A stretch of DNA of 64,000 nucleotides from Candidatus Pyrohabitans jungbluthii (GTDB taxonomy: Archaea; Hydrothermarchaeota; Hydrothermarchaeia; Hydrothermarchaeales; BMS3B): contig MTMD02000008.1 of NCBI GenBank assembly GCA_002010065.2, positions 96,001-160,000 on the forward strand, given 5' to 3'. The notes below the pieces were generated by a model. That model saw only the letters and a list, made by a program, of their open reading frames with translations. It was not told the origin of the DNA and searched no databases. Shown one piece after another: positions 16,759 to 25,855 of this stretch (its first letter is position 1; each line of letters starts with the position of its first letter). Both the position numbers and the translations under genes were made by a program.

Positions 16759-18176
16759 GGGCGGCGCTGATAATGCCCTCCTGGTTGCCCGAAGACATCT
16801 TCCCCACAAAAACCGCCAAAGCTCAGGTGAACTACTGGCAACCCCTGGGTTTGCTATACCTCGCTGCCTCCCTCCGCGAGGCGGGGCATGAAGTGAAGTT
16901 TTTTGATGGCTCCTTCCTGAACCATGATGAGGTTATACAACGCGTTAAGGAGTTTTACCCCGACTTTGTGGGGATATATGCAAACACCCCACTCTGGAAA
17001 AAGGCAGTTAAGACCGCGGAGGATGTTAAGAAGATAACCGATGCCTTCACCTGCGCAGGCGGCCCTTACCCATCGGCAATGCAGGAGAAGGCACTGGCAG
17101 ATGCTCCTGCTCTAGACGCCATCGTAGTTGGGGAAGGTGAGCTTACCCTCTGCGAGGCTCTGGAAAGGCTGGAGAAGGGCAGGAGTTTGGTGGACGTAAA
17201 GGGGGTGATTTACAGAGAGAATGGAAGAATAATCAAGAATCCTCCACGACCACCAATTGAAAACCTGGACGCGCTGCCATTCCCTGCAAGAGACCTGCTG
17301 GAGGACAAGAACCTGTACGTACCCCCTGCGGGCACCTACCGGCGAAAGCCAGTGGCGATAGTCATGACTTCTCGCGGTTGTAATGCTCGCTGCATATACT
17401 GCTACCAGCTCACCGGCGAGCGAAGGATACGCTACAGAAGTGTTGAGAATGTGCTCGAGGAGATTGAGCTTTGCCTGGAGCAGGGATACCGCGAGATACG
17501 CTTCCTGGACGACACCTTCGCTGGCGATTACTCTCGCGCCATGAAGATAGCTGAGGAAATTAAGCGCAGGGGTCTGGACTTCACATGGTTCGTTTCAGCA
17601 CGTGTTAATCAGGTGGATAAAAAGCTGCTCAGGGCTTTTCGAAGGGCGGGCTGCTGGGCAATATTCTTCGGCGCAGAGAGCGGGGTGCAGAAGAACCTCA
17701 ATGCCTTGAAGAAAGGCATAACCTTGGAGCAAACGAGGCGTGCTGTGAAGGCTGCGAAGAAGGCTGGACTTAGAGTTGTTACTGCCTTCATCTTCGGGAT
17801 ACCCGGCGAGACCTACGAGGAGGCATTGAAAACAATAGACTTTGCGATTGAGCTTGACCCTGACTTTGTGAACTTCCACACGCTTACGCCCTTCCCTGGA
17901 ACTGAGCTTTACGACCGTGTCTCTGAGCTGGGGCAGATGTCTCCGCGATGGGAGGACTTCACCTTTGAAGGCGCCGCCTTTATCCCCCACACAATGACGA
18001 AGGAGCAGATTGAAGAGCTCCGCAGGATGGCATTTAAGCGCTTCTATTCCAGACCGCGCTACATCCTCAGGAGACTCCTCGGAATACGCACTCTGGACGA
18101 TTTGAAGCTTGTAACCCGAGGTTTGAGGAGCCTCTTCTGGATTTGGGTCAGGAAGGATGTTTTTAAGGTGAAGTAG
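16755..18176 (+). CDS. Cobalamin-binding radical SAM enzyme (class B methyltransferase-like)
   Basis: QPLGLLYLAA, GGPYP and GEGE (B12 domain); SRGCNARCIYC. Confidence 0.92.
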   Translation: MRAALIMPSWLPEDIFPTKTAKAQVNYWQPLGLLYLAASLREAGHEVKFFDGSFLNHDEVIQRVKEFYPDFVGIYANTPLWKKAVKTAEDVKKITDAFTCAGGPYPSAMQEKALADAPALDAIVVGEGELTLCEALERLEKGRSLVDVKGVIYRENGRIIKNPPRPPIENLDALPFPARDLLEDKNLYVPPAGTYRRKPVAIVMTSRGCNARCIYCYQLTGERRIRYRSVENVLEEIELCLEQGYREIRFLDDTFAGDYSRAMKIAEEIKRRGLDFTWFVSARVNQVDKKLLRAFRRAGCWAIFFGAESGVQKNLNALKKGITLEQTRRAVKAAKKAGLRVVTAFIFGIPGETYEEALKTIDFAIELDPDFVNFHTLTPFPGTELYDRVSELGQMSPRWEDFTFEGAAFIPHTMTKEQIEELRRMAFKRFYSRPRYILRRLLGIRTLDDLKLVTRGLRSLFWIWVRKDVFKVK

Positions 18177-18529
18177 CCAGCATATCAGTAATATTATTGT
18201 AGAACACATACCTGAAGAAATCTTCAACCATATTCTCCTCAGGCGTATTAGCTGGCTACTAAATCAGGATTTTATACGTGGAAATCGACGAGAAATATGT
18301 AAACGCCTTTAAGGATCGCGAAGCCTTTACCCAGCAGGCAGGCGAAATAGCAAGGTGGATCTGGTATTTAACAGGATATTTCCGGGGCGGTTAAAGAATG
18401 AAAAACACGCAATAAAATAATACGCTTCACTTCGTCCAAACGCAACAAAGCCCTGCAAAAAGAAAACTTTATATATCTCTATACCGATTAGGACTTGGCT
18501 ACTAATGTACCAAGGAGGAGGAAGTAGGG

Positions 18530-18658
18530 GTGAAAATAGACATAAACAGTGAAGAATTTGAGAAACTCCCACTGTTGCAGAAGCTACTGCTGATAGAAGA
18601 GAGGAAGAAGGAAATATACAGAGAAATTGAGAATATTTTTCAGAACAATCGCCTCTAA
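18530..18658 (+). CDS. Small 42-aa helical hypothetical protein (absent from the ORF track)
   Basis: BRE-TATA (GAAAACTTTATATA) about 60 bp upstream; GGAGG SD; MKIDINSEEFEKLPLLQKLLLIEERKKEIYREIENIFQNNRL. Confidence 0.6.
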   Translation: MKIDINSEEFEKLPLLQKLLLIEERKKEIYREIENIFQNNRL

Positions 18659-18659
18659 G

Positions 18660-19670
18660 CTACTCACGCACTCCGTGAATTTTCACCCCGCACTTGGGGC
18701 ACTTCCCTTTTTCTATCCTGTATTTGAGGATATCAAAACCATGGCGCTCAATCAGAAGTTCGCCACAGTTGTAGCAGTAGGTATTTTCCCCCTCATCACC
18801 CAGTACGTTGCCAGTATAAACGTACAGCAACCCCTCCTCTTTCCCTATATCCCTTGCGCGCCTAAGCGTATCTAAAGGCGTATGAGAAACGCCCATAAGC
18901 TTGTACTCAGGATGAAAGCGTGTGACATGCCACGGAATCTCTTCGCCGACGCTCTTTATAAACTTCGCTATGCCCCTGAGCTGCTCCTCATCGTCGTTGT
19001 AGCCAGGAATTATAAGGGTGGTTATCTCTATCCACACACCCAGCTTTTTATAAAGCTTTATGCTCTCCAGCACCGGCTTGAGCTTTGCTCCGCAGACCTC
19101 GCGGTAGAACTCCTCTGTAAAGCCTTTAAGGTCAATATTTGCAGCGTCTATATAGGAGGCGATCTCCTTGAGGGCCTCCGGGGTGATGTAGCCATTTGTG
19201 ACAAAAACATTTTTAATGCCTTTCTTTTGCGCAAGTTTTGCACAGTCCACTGCGTACTCTGCAAAAATTGTAGGTTCTGTATAGGTGTAAGAGATGCTGG
19301 CGCAGTCGTACTGCGCAGCTTGCCTCACCACCTCTTCCGGTGGAAGGTCCAGGCCCGCGATCTCGCCATCCCTCTCACGGGGCATCTGGGAAATCTCCCA
19401 GTTCTGACAGTGAAGGCAGCGGAAGTTGCACCCCACGGTGGCTATGGAGTAGCTCCTTGTGCCCGGAAGGAAGTGATATAGGGGCTTTTTTTCAATCGGG
19501 TCGATGTTGTAGGATATAGCCCTGCCGTAAACAAGCGTATAGAGCTTCCCATCTTTATTCTCCCTCACGCCGCAAATACCGCGCTTTCCGGGAGAGATGA
19601 CACAGCGATGGCTGCATAGGTAACACTTAACCTTCCCCTCCTCCGCCGGCGTGTAAAACCTCGCCTCCAT
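18660..19670 (-). CDS. amrS: AmmeMemoRadiSam system radical SAM enzyme (PFL-activase-like)
   Basis: CYLCSHRC...GICGVREN; DPIEKKPLYHFLPG; GCNFRCLHCQNWEISQ. Confidence 0.9.
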   Translation of the reverse strand: MEARFYTPAEEGKVKCYLCSHRCVISPGKRGICGVRENKDGKLYTLVYGRAISYNIDPIEKKPLYHFLPGTRSYSIATVGCNFRCLHCQNWEISQMPRERDGEIAGLDLPPEEVVRQAAQYDCASISYTYTEPTIFAEYAVDCAKLAQKKGIKNVFVTNGYITPEALKEIASYIDAANIDLKGFTEEFYREVCGAKLKPVLESIKLYKKLGVWIEITTLIIPGYNDDEEQLRGIAKFIKSVGEEIPWHVTRFHPEYKLMGVSHTPLDTLRRARDIGKEEGLLYVYTGNVLGDEGENTYCYNCGELLIERHGFDILKYRIEKGKCPKCGVKIHGVRE

Positions 19671-19758
19671 GAAATAAGGTTGTCGCCCGCAGTATTAAAC
19701 TTTTCCTATGTGTCCTTCCATTATTTCAACAGAAAAATAAGAATAAAAGAGCGAAATC

Positions 19759-20241
19759 TTAAACAAAGAGGGTCACATCAGCGTCGCTGGCGATGTCCAG
19801 GAAGCCCGCCGCACCAAGGCAAGCGTCCACCACTGGCAGGAGGTCACTCTCAGGGCAGCCCATCACATCCATGGTCATCTGGCAAGCGTAGAACTTGACA
19901 CCCATCTCCTTGCAAATGTTTATCAGCTCTTCAATGCTGGGCACATTGTGCTTTTTCATCATGTTCTTCATCATCATCGTTGCCATGGCTGTCATCCCAG
20001 GAAGCATGCCTATTATGTTGGGCACTGGCATGGGCATCGCCGGGTTAGCTATGGGGGCAACCTTCAGGCTCTTGTACTTCTTCTTGTTGATTATGTCCAG
20101 GCCATAGAAGGTGAAGAACAGGTGCGCCTCCCAGTCCATGCCCGCAGCGGTGCTCGCGAGTATGAGGGGTGGGTAAGCAGCATCAAGGGTACCTTTGGTT
20201 ACAATTATACATATCTTCTTTTTCTTCTTCTCTTCTGCCAT
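19759..20241 (-). CDS. DsrE/DsrF/DsrH-like (DsrE2-type) protein
   Basis: KGTLD.AYPPLILASTAA, FFTFYGL, YACQMTMDVMG. Confidence 0.88.
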   Translation of the reverse strand: MAEEKKKKKICIIVTKGTLDAAYPPLILASTAAGMDWEAHLFFTFYGLDIINKKKYKSLKVAPIANPAMPMPVPNIIGMLPGMTAMATMMMKNMMKKHNVPSIEELINICKEMGVKFYACQMTMDVMGCPESDLLPVVDACLGAAGFLDIASDADVTLFV

Positions 20242-20250
20242 TTTAACCAC

Positions 20251-20484
20251 CTATGCGGGCTTCTTAACGTAGAATATGAACTTCCCGTCCTCCTCACTCA
20301 TCTCCAGGAGCTCAAAGCCCATCTGCTTTGCCCATGCAGGTATATCGTTCTTTGAGCCCTTGTCCGTGGATATTATCTTCAGCACCTTTCCGGGAGCGAG
20401 CTTCTGCATAGCCTGCTTGGACTTGAGCACAGGCATGGGACAAACAAGACCGCTGCAATCGAGAACCTCATCAGCCTCAACCAC
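20251..20484 (-). CDS. tusA: TusA-family sulfurtransferase
   Basis: LDCSGLVCPMP; D.GS..DIPAWA. Confidence 0.9.
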   Translation of the reverse strand: MVEADEVLDCSGLVCPMPVLKSKQAMQKLAPGKVLKIISTDKGSKNDIPAWAKQMGFELLEMSEEDGKFIFYVKKPA

Positions 20485-20573
20485 AATACACACCTCCTCT
20501 TTTTTACTTGATTTTAAGTAAATAATTTATATATAAAGTTTTCCTATTTATACCTGCTGAGCGAGGTCTGGAG

Positions 20574-21386
20574 ATGCTGGATGAAAGGCTGATAGAGAAC
20601 CTCAAGCTGATGAATCTAACAGAGTACGAGTCGAGGACTTACCTGGCGCTCGTAGTGAAGGGCACTGCAACAGTTAAAGAGATTCGTGAGCTTGCCCAGA
20701 TTCCATACTCACGGGAGTATGACATCCTTGAGAACCTGGAGCAGCGGGGCTACGTGGTGGTTCAGCCAGGGAGACCAAGGAGATACCGCGCCGTTGATCC
20801 TCGCGAGATCCTCTCAAAGGAGCTTAAGCTTCGCGTAAAGGCGGTGGAGGAGCTGATAGCCAAGCTAACACCGCTGTATCAGAAGCATATGAATGAGGTT
20901 TCCTTTGATGAGGTCATCTGGATGCTCAAGGGCAGGGACAACATCCACGACAGGCTGATTAGCATGCTGGAGAGCGCCAAGAAGGAAGTGCTCATCGTCG
21001 GAATAAAGCCTGTTACCAGCGAGGCTATCGCCAGAGCGTTAGAGGAGGCGAAGAGGCGTGGCGTAAGCATCAAAGCCCTTGGAGAGTTCGGCAAGAACAC
21101 CACAGAACTTTTTGAGAGGATCGGTGTGGAATACAGGATGTACCCCCACGACCACTCGCGCTTCGTTGTTGTTGATGAAAGGGAGCTTATTCTTGCGAGC
21201 GAAGACCCTGCAAACTACGTCTTCGCGCTTTACAATCGCAACCCGGGGTGCATAAAGCTGTACAGGAACTACTTCCACCACATATGGGAGGAAACCCCGG
21301 CACAAGATTTAAAACCTCAAGGAGAGATTCACAAGTATGGAGAGAATAAGCATCTCACTACCGGAAAAACTTCTGGAAGAGTTTGA
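20574..21386 (+). CDS. TrmB-family transcriptional regulator
   Basis: LTEYESRTYLAL...IPYSR.YDILE.LE.RG...PRRY; C-terminal PLD-like effector domain. Confidence 0.9.
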   Translation: MLDERLIENLKLMNLTEYESRTYLALVVKGTATVKEIRELAQIPYSREYDILENLEQRGYVVVQPGRPRRYRAVDPREILSKELKLRVKAVEELIAKLTPLYQKHMNEVSFDEVIWMLKGRDNIHDRLISMLESAKKEVLIVGIKPVTSEAIARALEEAKRRGVSIKALGEFGKNTTELFERIGVEYRMYPHDHSRFVVVDERELILASEDPANYVFALYNRNPGCIKLYRNYFHHIWEETPAQDLKPQGEIHKYGENKHLTTGKTSGRV

Positions 21387-21747
21387 CAGAATTCTTAAAG
21401 AGAAAGGATACGTGTCGAGGAGTGAGGGGATTCGCGACGCCATAAGGAACTACATAATAGAACATGGGATTATAAGTCAGGTTTCCGGCGAAATCGCAGG
21501 TACCATCTCCATAATATACGATCACGATGAGAGCAATGTGCTTGACAAGCTTACAGATGCTCAGCACGACTTCGCCGAGGTTATTGATTCGTCGCTTCAC
21601 ATTCACCTAGACAAGCACCACTGCCTTGAGGTTATTGTGGTGCGCGGAGACAGCAACGCGATAAAGCAGCTTTTGAATCGCCTTACGGCAATTAAGGGTG
21701 TGAAGTACGCCAAGCTCACAACCAACGTGGCGGAGATTCCGGAATAG
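21337..21747 (+). CDS. nikR: Nickel-responsive regulator NikR
   Basis: RISISLP ribbon-helix-helix; SRSEGIRDAIR; QH...LHIHLDKHHCLEVI. Confidence 0.95.
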   Translation: MERISISLPEKLLEEFDRILKEKGYVSRSEGIRDAIRNYIIEHGIISQVSGEIAGTISIIYDHDESNVLDKLTDAQHDFAEVIDSSLHIHLDKHHCLEVIVVRGDSNAIKQLLNRLTAIKGVKYAKLTTNVAEIPE

Positions 21748-21795
21748 CACCGGAAACTTTTATATCGCACGAGTCAGGTTATTTTATATAAGGAT

Positions 21796-22716
21796 ATGAA
21801 TAAAATGAATAAAGCCCAGCTATTTACGGTAGACCTTCTTATCGCACTTGTGCCTATTACAATTGCGTTAGGTCTTTCAGCAAATGCTCTCTCCGGTCTT
21901 GCAGGACAGGTGCAGGACTACGCTTACTATTATGACATGAAACGCGTTGTAGACGACGCAGCGGACATTCTTGTAAAAACCCCCGGAGAACCCCCTGACT
22001 GGAATTTCACAAATCCCCCCTCAAAGCTTGGGCTTGCAAAGTACAGTAGTAAGGGGAGAGGTTTTAACAACATAGACTATGAAAAGGTGCAGGCGCTGAA
22101 TGTGAGCTACATAGGCGAGCTCTTGGGCTGGCGCTATCCTTACTTTAGGCTCACCATCTCGGCCATAGGCGGGACCTCAGTCAAGAGCTGGACTTACGGT
22201 TCGCGTGATTCCGTGAGAGAAATCTTCGCCACCGAGAGAATTGCATCCATGGTCCCAAACCAGCTCTGGAGCATTGTTAACGTGACATACAGGGGCACAC
22301 CCCTGAGGTGCGACTATACTTGCAAATTCAATAACTCCCGCTACTACATAGAATTCGAGGCCAGGGATTTATCTATTTACGATTACTGGCTGCTTGTGGA
22401 AAGGACTGGCGAGTCAAGCTACGATGACCAGTACATCATAAATAATACCTTCTTTTCTCCGGCGTATCCTCATTGTTGTGAGGAATTTCCTTCTGATGCC
22501 ATAAATATAAACAAATCCAGACTCGTGAAGCTTAAACTCAGTGAAAGCGGAAAATACAGTGTCCAGCAGGGCACCAATTACCTCTTCCTTAACGTCTTTG
22601 CAGATGTGCTCTCCTCCTACTACGTTATCCAGGTACCGGAAGGAACCAACGAAAGTGAAGTTTCACCTGACTTAAGTGGTACTGCAACGCTTGTTGTTTT
22701 GGAGGTGGGGCGGTGA
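21796..22716 (+). CDS. Type IV pilin-like surface protein (class III signal peptide)
   Basis: KAQ-LFTVDLLIAL; ADILVKTPG.P..W; many N-X-S/T sequons. Confidence 0.7.
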   Translation: MNKMNKAQLFTVDLLIALVPITIALGLSANALSGLAGQVQDYAYYYDMKRVVDDAADILVKTPGEPPDWNFTNPPSKLGLAKYSSKGRGFNNIDYEKVQALNVSYIGELLGWRYPYFRLTISAIGGTSVKSWTYGSRDSVREIFATERIASMVPNQLWSIVNVTYRGTPLRCDYTCKFNNSRYYIEFEARDLSIYDYWLLVERTGESSYDDQYIINNTFFSPAYPHCCEEFPSDAININKSRLVKLKLSESGKYSVQQGTNYLFLNVFADVLSSYYVIQVPEGTNESEVSPDLSGTATLVVLEVGR

Positions 22717-23624
22717 ACTCGAAGCTGCACTTGCGTAAAGCGGAAAAAGCTGCTTTCCTATTCACAATGGATGCCGTCCTTGCATTGATACCTGTCTTCA
22801 TAATACTTGCGACGGTTTCTCAGATAAACCCTATTTCTGCGAGTTTAGATTTGCAGAGCAGAGTCCTAGATAAGGAGAAGAGGGCAAACGACATCCTTGA
22901 GAGCCTCTACTATGCCGGCCTCTTTGAGGAGGAAAATATTTCCTATATAGAGGAGGTGCTGGAGGAGGTGGTTACTCCTCACTACAACTATTCTTACACT
23001 GTAGAGTACAACAACTCCGTAATCATCAATTTTTCCCGGGGTAATATCTCCAGAGCCAGAGATGTAGCACTAGCAAAAAAGACTGTCTCCATCTATGTTG
23101 AGAAGATAGTTGGGCAGATTCGCGCTATCTCCAGAACCAGCAAGGCTGCGGAGCCGTGTTATCAGACCAGTGTAAAAGGTAGGGGCATTGGGGGGCAGGT
23201 TTTTACCTTTTCCTTCAACACCTCCGAACTAAGCATTTACGATTACTGGTTTGTTGCAGAGCTTGACGAAGATGCCCAAGGGCAGCCCCATAAGGTAATG
23301 ACGCTCACGCAAAATATATCCTGTGAGGATGCTTACAATCTAATAACAAGCTGGGGAACGAAAATATGCCAAAATGACTGGATAATAGAAGGTGAAATAT
23401 GCAAAAAACAGTTTCCATTTGATGGTAATCCCGTAAACAGTTCCGATTGGGATTCATTCACAACATATTACACCTATATAAGACTCTCAGGTATTCCGCC
23501 AGCTGAGGCAAGCTTTTACGTAATAGAGGCACCTAAGGAAACAGAAGAAGACGCGATAGCCCCTGAGACAGCAGCAAAGAAAAAGCAGGTTATAATCACC
23601 CTCAAGCTCTGGGAGGAGGAATGA
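22713..23624 (+). CDS. Type IV pilin-like surface protein
   Basis: KAAFLFTMDAVLAL N-terminus; shares LSIYDYW and YVI..P..T.E motifs with the upstream gene. Confidence 0.65.
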   Translation: MNSKLHLRKAEKAAFLFTMDAVLALIPVFIILATVSQINPISASLDLQSRVLDKEKRANDILESLYYAGLFEEENISYIEEVLEEVVTPHYNYSYTVEYNNSVIINFSRGNISRARDVALAKKTVSIYVEKIVGQIRAISRTSKAAEPCYQTSVKGRGIGGQVFTFSFNTSELSIYDYWFVAELDEDAQGQPHKVMTLTQNISCEDAYNLITSWGTKICQNDWIIEGEICKKQFPFDGNPVNSSDWDSFTTYYTYIRLSGIPPAEASFYVIEAPKETEEDAIAPETAAKKKQVIITLKLWEEE

Positions 23625-24790
23625 TGCGAGCCTTCGTATTTACAGGCATGGCATTTCTCATGGCGATACCTGCGCTTATTTTGGCCGCTTCTCTGGTAAA
23701 CATGGCTAAAATAGGAGATACTACTACAATACTTGTAATGAAATCTGATAAGGCCGCCTACTCTTTTAACAGCATTGCTCAGAGCTTTCAGGATGCTGCA
23801 GAGAATCTTGTAAACGTGTATGGAAAAAATGTAACCAAAATTCAGGACGAACTTGTCAACTGGGCAATTTTTATAGAGCAGAACTTTTCGAAGGAAGCGG
23901 GACTTAATGTTTCCATTCTCGAAGAGAGGATAAACGTAACCTATGACAACTCAACAGGTGTGCAGTACGTTTATGTGGGGGATGTAAGTGACCCCAAAAC
24001 TAAAGGAATTGAGATTAATGTCTCTCTGCTGAGCGACAGCAGCTTTGCTGTTAAGACCGTTCTGGGCCCTCTGGAGATAATTATACCTCCAGAGAATATT
24101 CCACCTGAGGTTAACATAACAGAAATTGTTTATACACAAAATGGCACTTCAATAACGCAAAATATCAACAACTCAAATCTGAGCTGCACAGTTAACTACA
24201 CATTTAAAGGCTATGCATGGGATGAAGACGGGGGGATAAAGAATGTTTTTGTTCTAATTGACGCTGTTCAGTATAACGCTAATTTCTCTTCCCTAGAGGG
24301 CATATACCATAACTGGAGTTATATATGGCATCCTGAGGAGCAGAAGCAATACGAATTCTGTGCTCAGTCTCAAGACGACGAGAACATTTACTCAAACGAA
24401 TACTGCATCATCGTATATGGAGATGCCTCCTGTGGCGTGGCATGCTCTCTCATCTATGTATTAGGGTCGGGATATGTAACCGGAAAGTCAGTTTATTTCA
24501 GCATTGAAAATGTAAATTCGAGCGATGTTACTGTAGAAAATATGACAGTAAGCTGGGAACCCACAGAAGACAACAAATTAACACGTATAAAATTTGATAA
24601 TCAGCAAAAATGGAGCGGTAGTGCTGATAGCGGCAAAACAGTAGACATCGACGATACATTGATTTCAAGCGGTGCTACCCCAGAGGTGCGGCTGGATTTC
24701 TCAGGAAAGGAAAATATGGACAATAGAAAAATCACCGTCATCTTCCACCTAAATACCAACGAAAACTGCACCATTAACTTCACCACCTGA
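23621..24790 (+). CDS. Pilin/adhesin-like protein with Ig-like domains
   Basis: RAFVFTG hydrophobic N-terminus; PPEVNIT...GYAWDEDG.I..V Ig-like segment; sequon-rich. Confidence 0.6.
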   Translation: MMRAFVFTGMAFLMAIPALILAASLVNMAKIGDTTTILVMKSDKAAYSFNSIAQSFQDAAENLVNVYGKNVTKIQDELVNWAIFIEQNFSKEAGLNVSILEERINVTYDNSTGVQYVYVGDVSDPKTKGIEINVSLLSDSSFAVKTVLGPLEIIIPPENIPPEVNITEIVYTQNGTSITQNINNSNLSCTVNYTFKGYAWDEDGGIKNVFVLIDAVQYNANFSSLEGIYHNWSYIWHPEEQKQYEFCAQSQDDENIYSNEYCIIVYGDASCGVACSLIYVLGSGYVTGKSVYFSIENVNSSDVTVENMTVSWEPTEDNKLTRIKFDNQQKWSGSADSGKTVDIDDTLISSGATPEVRLDFSGKENMDNRKITVIFHLNTNENCTINFTT

Positions 24791-24945
24791 GATAACCTTC
24801 CGGCTTGAGCTATTGCTGCTTTGGGCATATTGGATGTGTTTTCATTCTCTATTTCTTGACACCCTTTACTACCCTTCACAATATATTCACAACAAAGATT
24901 GAATAAGATAGGGAATAACACATCCCTGTTAACAGGTGCAAGGCG

Positions 24946-25851
24946 ATGATAACCATCCTATCAGGCGGCACGGGCACGCCTAAATTGCTTCAGGGTTTCA
25001 TGCAGCTCCTCAAGCAGGAGGAGATCGCAGTTATCGTAAATACCGCTGAGGATATATGGCTGCCTCATGGCTACCTTTCGCCAGATATAGACACCGTGAT
25101 TTATACTCTAGCAGGCATAGTGAATGAGGAGACTTGGTACGGGATTCGCGGCGATAGCTTCGTAACGCATAGGCGACTTCTGGAGCTGGGCTTTGATGAG
25201 TTCATGAACATTGGCGACTTAGACAGGGCGACTCACATCTTCAGAGGAGAGCTTCTAAGGCAGGGGCTGAGCTTAGAGGAGGCAACGTTCAGGCTGTGCA
25301 GAGCTCTCGGAGTAAAAGCAAAGGTGCTACCCATGAGCAATCAGCGCCTTGAGACGGTGGTGGTCACCTCCCGCGGGGAGATGAATCTCCACGAGTACCT
25401 AATAAAGCACAGAAGCGAACCAGAGATAAAGCAGGTGCGCTTTGAAGGTGAAGCTGAGCCATGCGAGGCTTGCATTAGCGCCATCAAGGAGGCGGAGTTT
25501 GTTGTAATAGGGCCAAGCAATCCTGTTACAAGCATACTTCCCATTCTTTCCCTTGAGAAGCTGAAGAAGGCTGTTGCAAGCCGGCGAGAAAGCGTTGTAG
25601 CGGTGTCGCCCATAGTTGGGGGCAAACCTGTAAGTGGACCTGCGGATAAATTTTTGAAAGCTGCTGGGATAGAACCCACTTCGCGGGGGGTTGCGCAGTT
25701 CTACAGCGATGTGGCTGCGAATTTCGTGGTTGATAAGAGCGATGAGAAGTTTGTGGTTGAAGGGGTGAATATATATAAAACCAATACGATAATGAAGACC
25801 CTCGAAGATAAGAAGGCACTTGCCAGATTTTTACTTGAAATAATGAGGTAG
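24946..25851 (+). CDS. cofD: 2-phospho-L-lactate transferase
   Basis: LSGGTGTPKLL, VNTAED, PDIDTV, IGD.DRATH, GPSNPVTSI. Confidence 0.95.
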   Translation: MITILSGGTGTPKLLQGFMQLLKQEEIAVIVNTAEDIWLPHGYLSPDIDTVIYTLAGIVNEETWYGIRGDSFVTHRRLLELGFDEFMNIGDLDRATHIFRGELLRQGLSLEEATFRLCRALGVKAKVLPMSNQRLETVVVTSRGEMNLHEYLIKHRSEPEIKQVRFEGEAEPCEACISAIKEAEFVVIGPSNPVTSILPILSLEKLKKAVASRRESVVAVSPIVGGKPVSGPADKFLKAAGIEPTSRGVAQFYSDVAANFVVDKSDEKFVVEGVNIYKTNTIMKTLEDKKALARFLLEIMR

Positions 25852-25855
25852 ACTT

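Noticed and set aside
18157-18394. ATG-TTT-TTA-AGG-TGA read-through as selenocysteine, and a 38-aa ORF ending in GG (18278-18394)
   Set aside because: No archaeal SECIS-like element or redox motif; the frames are short and discontinuous, more like decayed sequence; too short for a ubiquitin fold
21337-21386. 50-bp overlap of trmB and nikR
   Set aside because: Likely a non-conserved C-terminal run-on of TrmB across the nikR promoter; no sign of function
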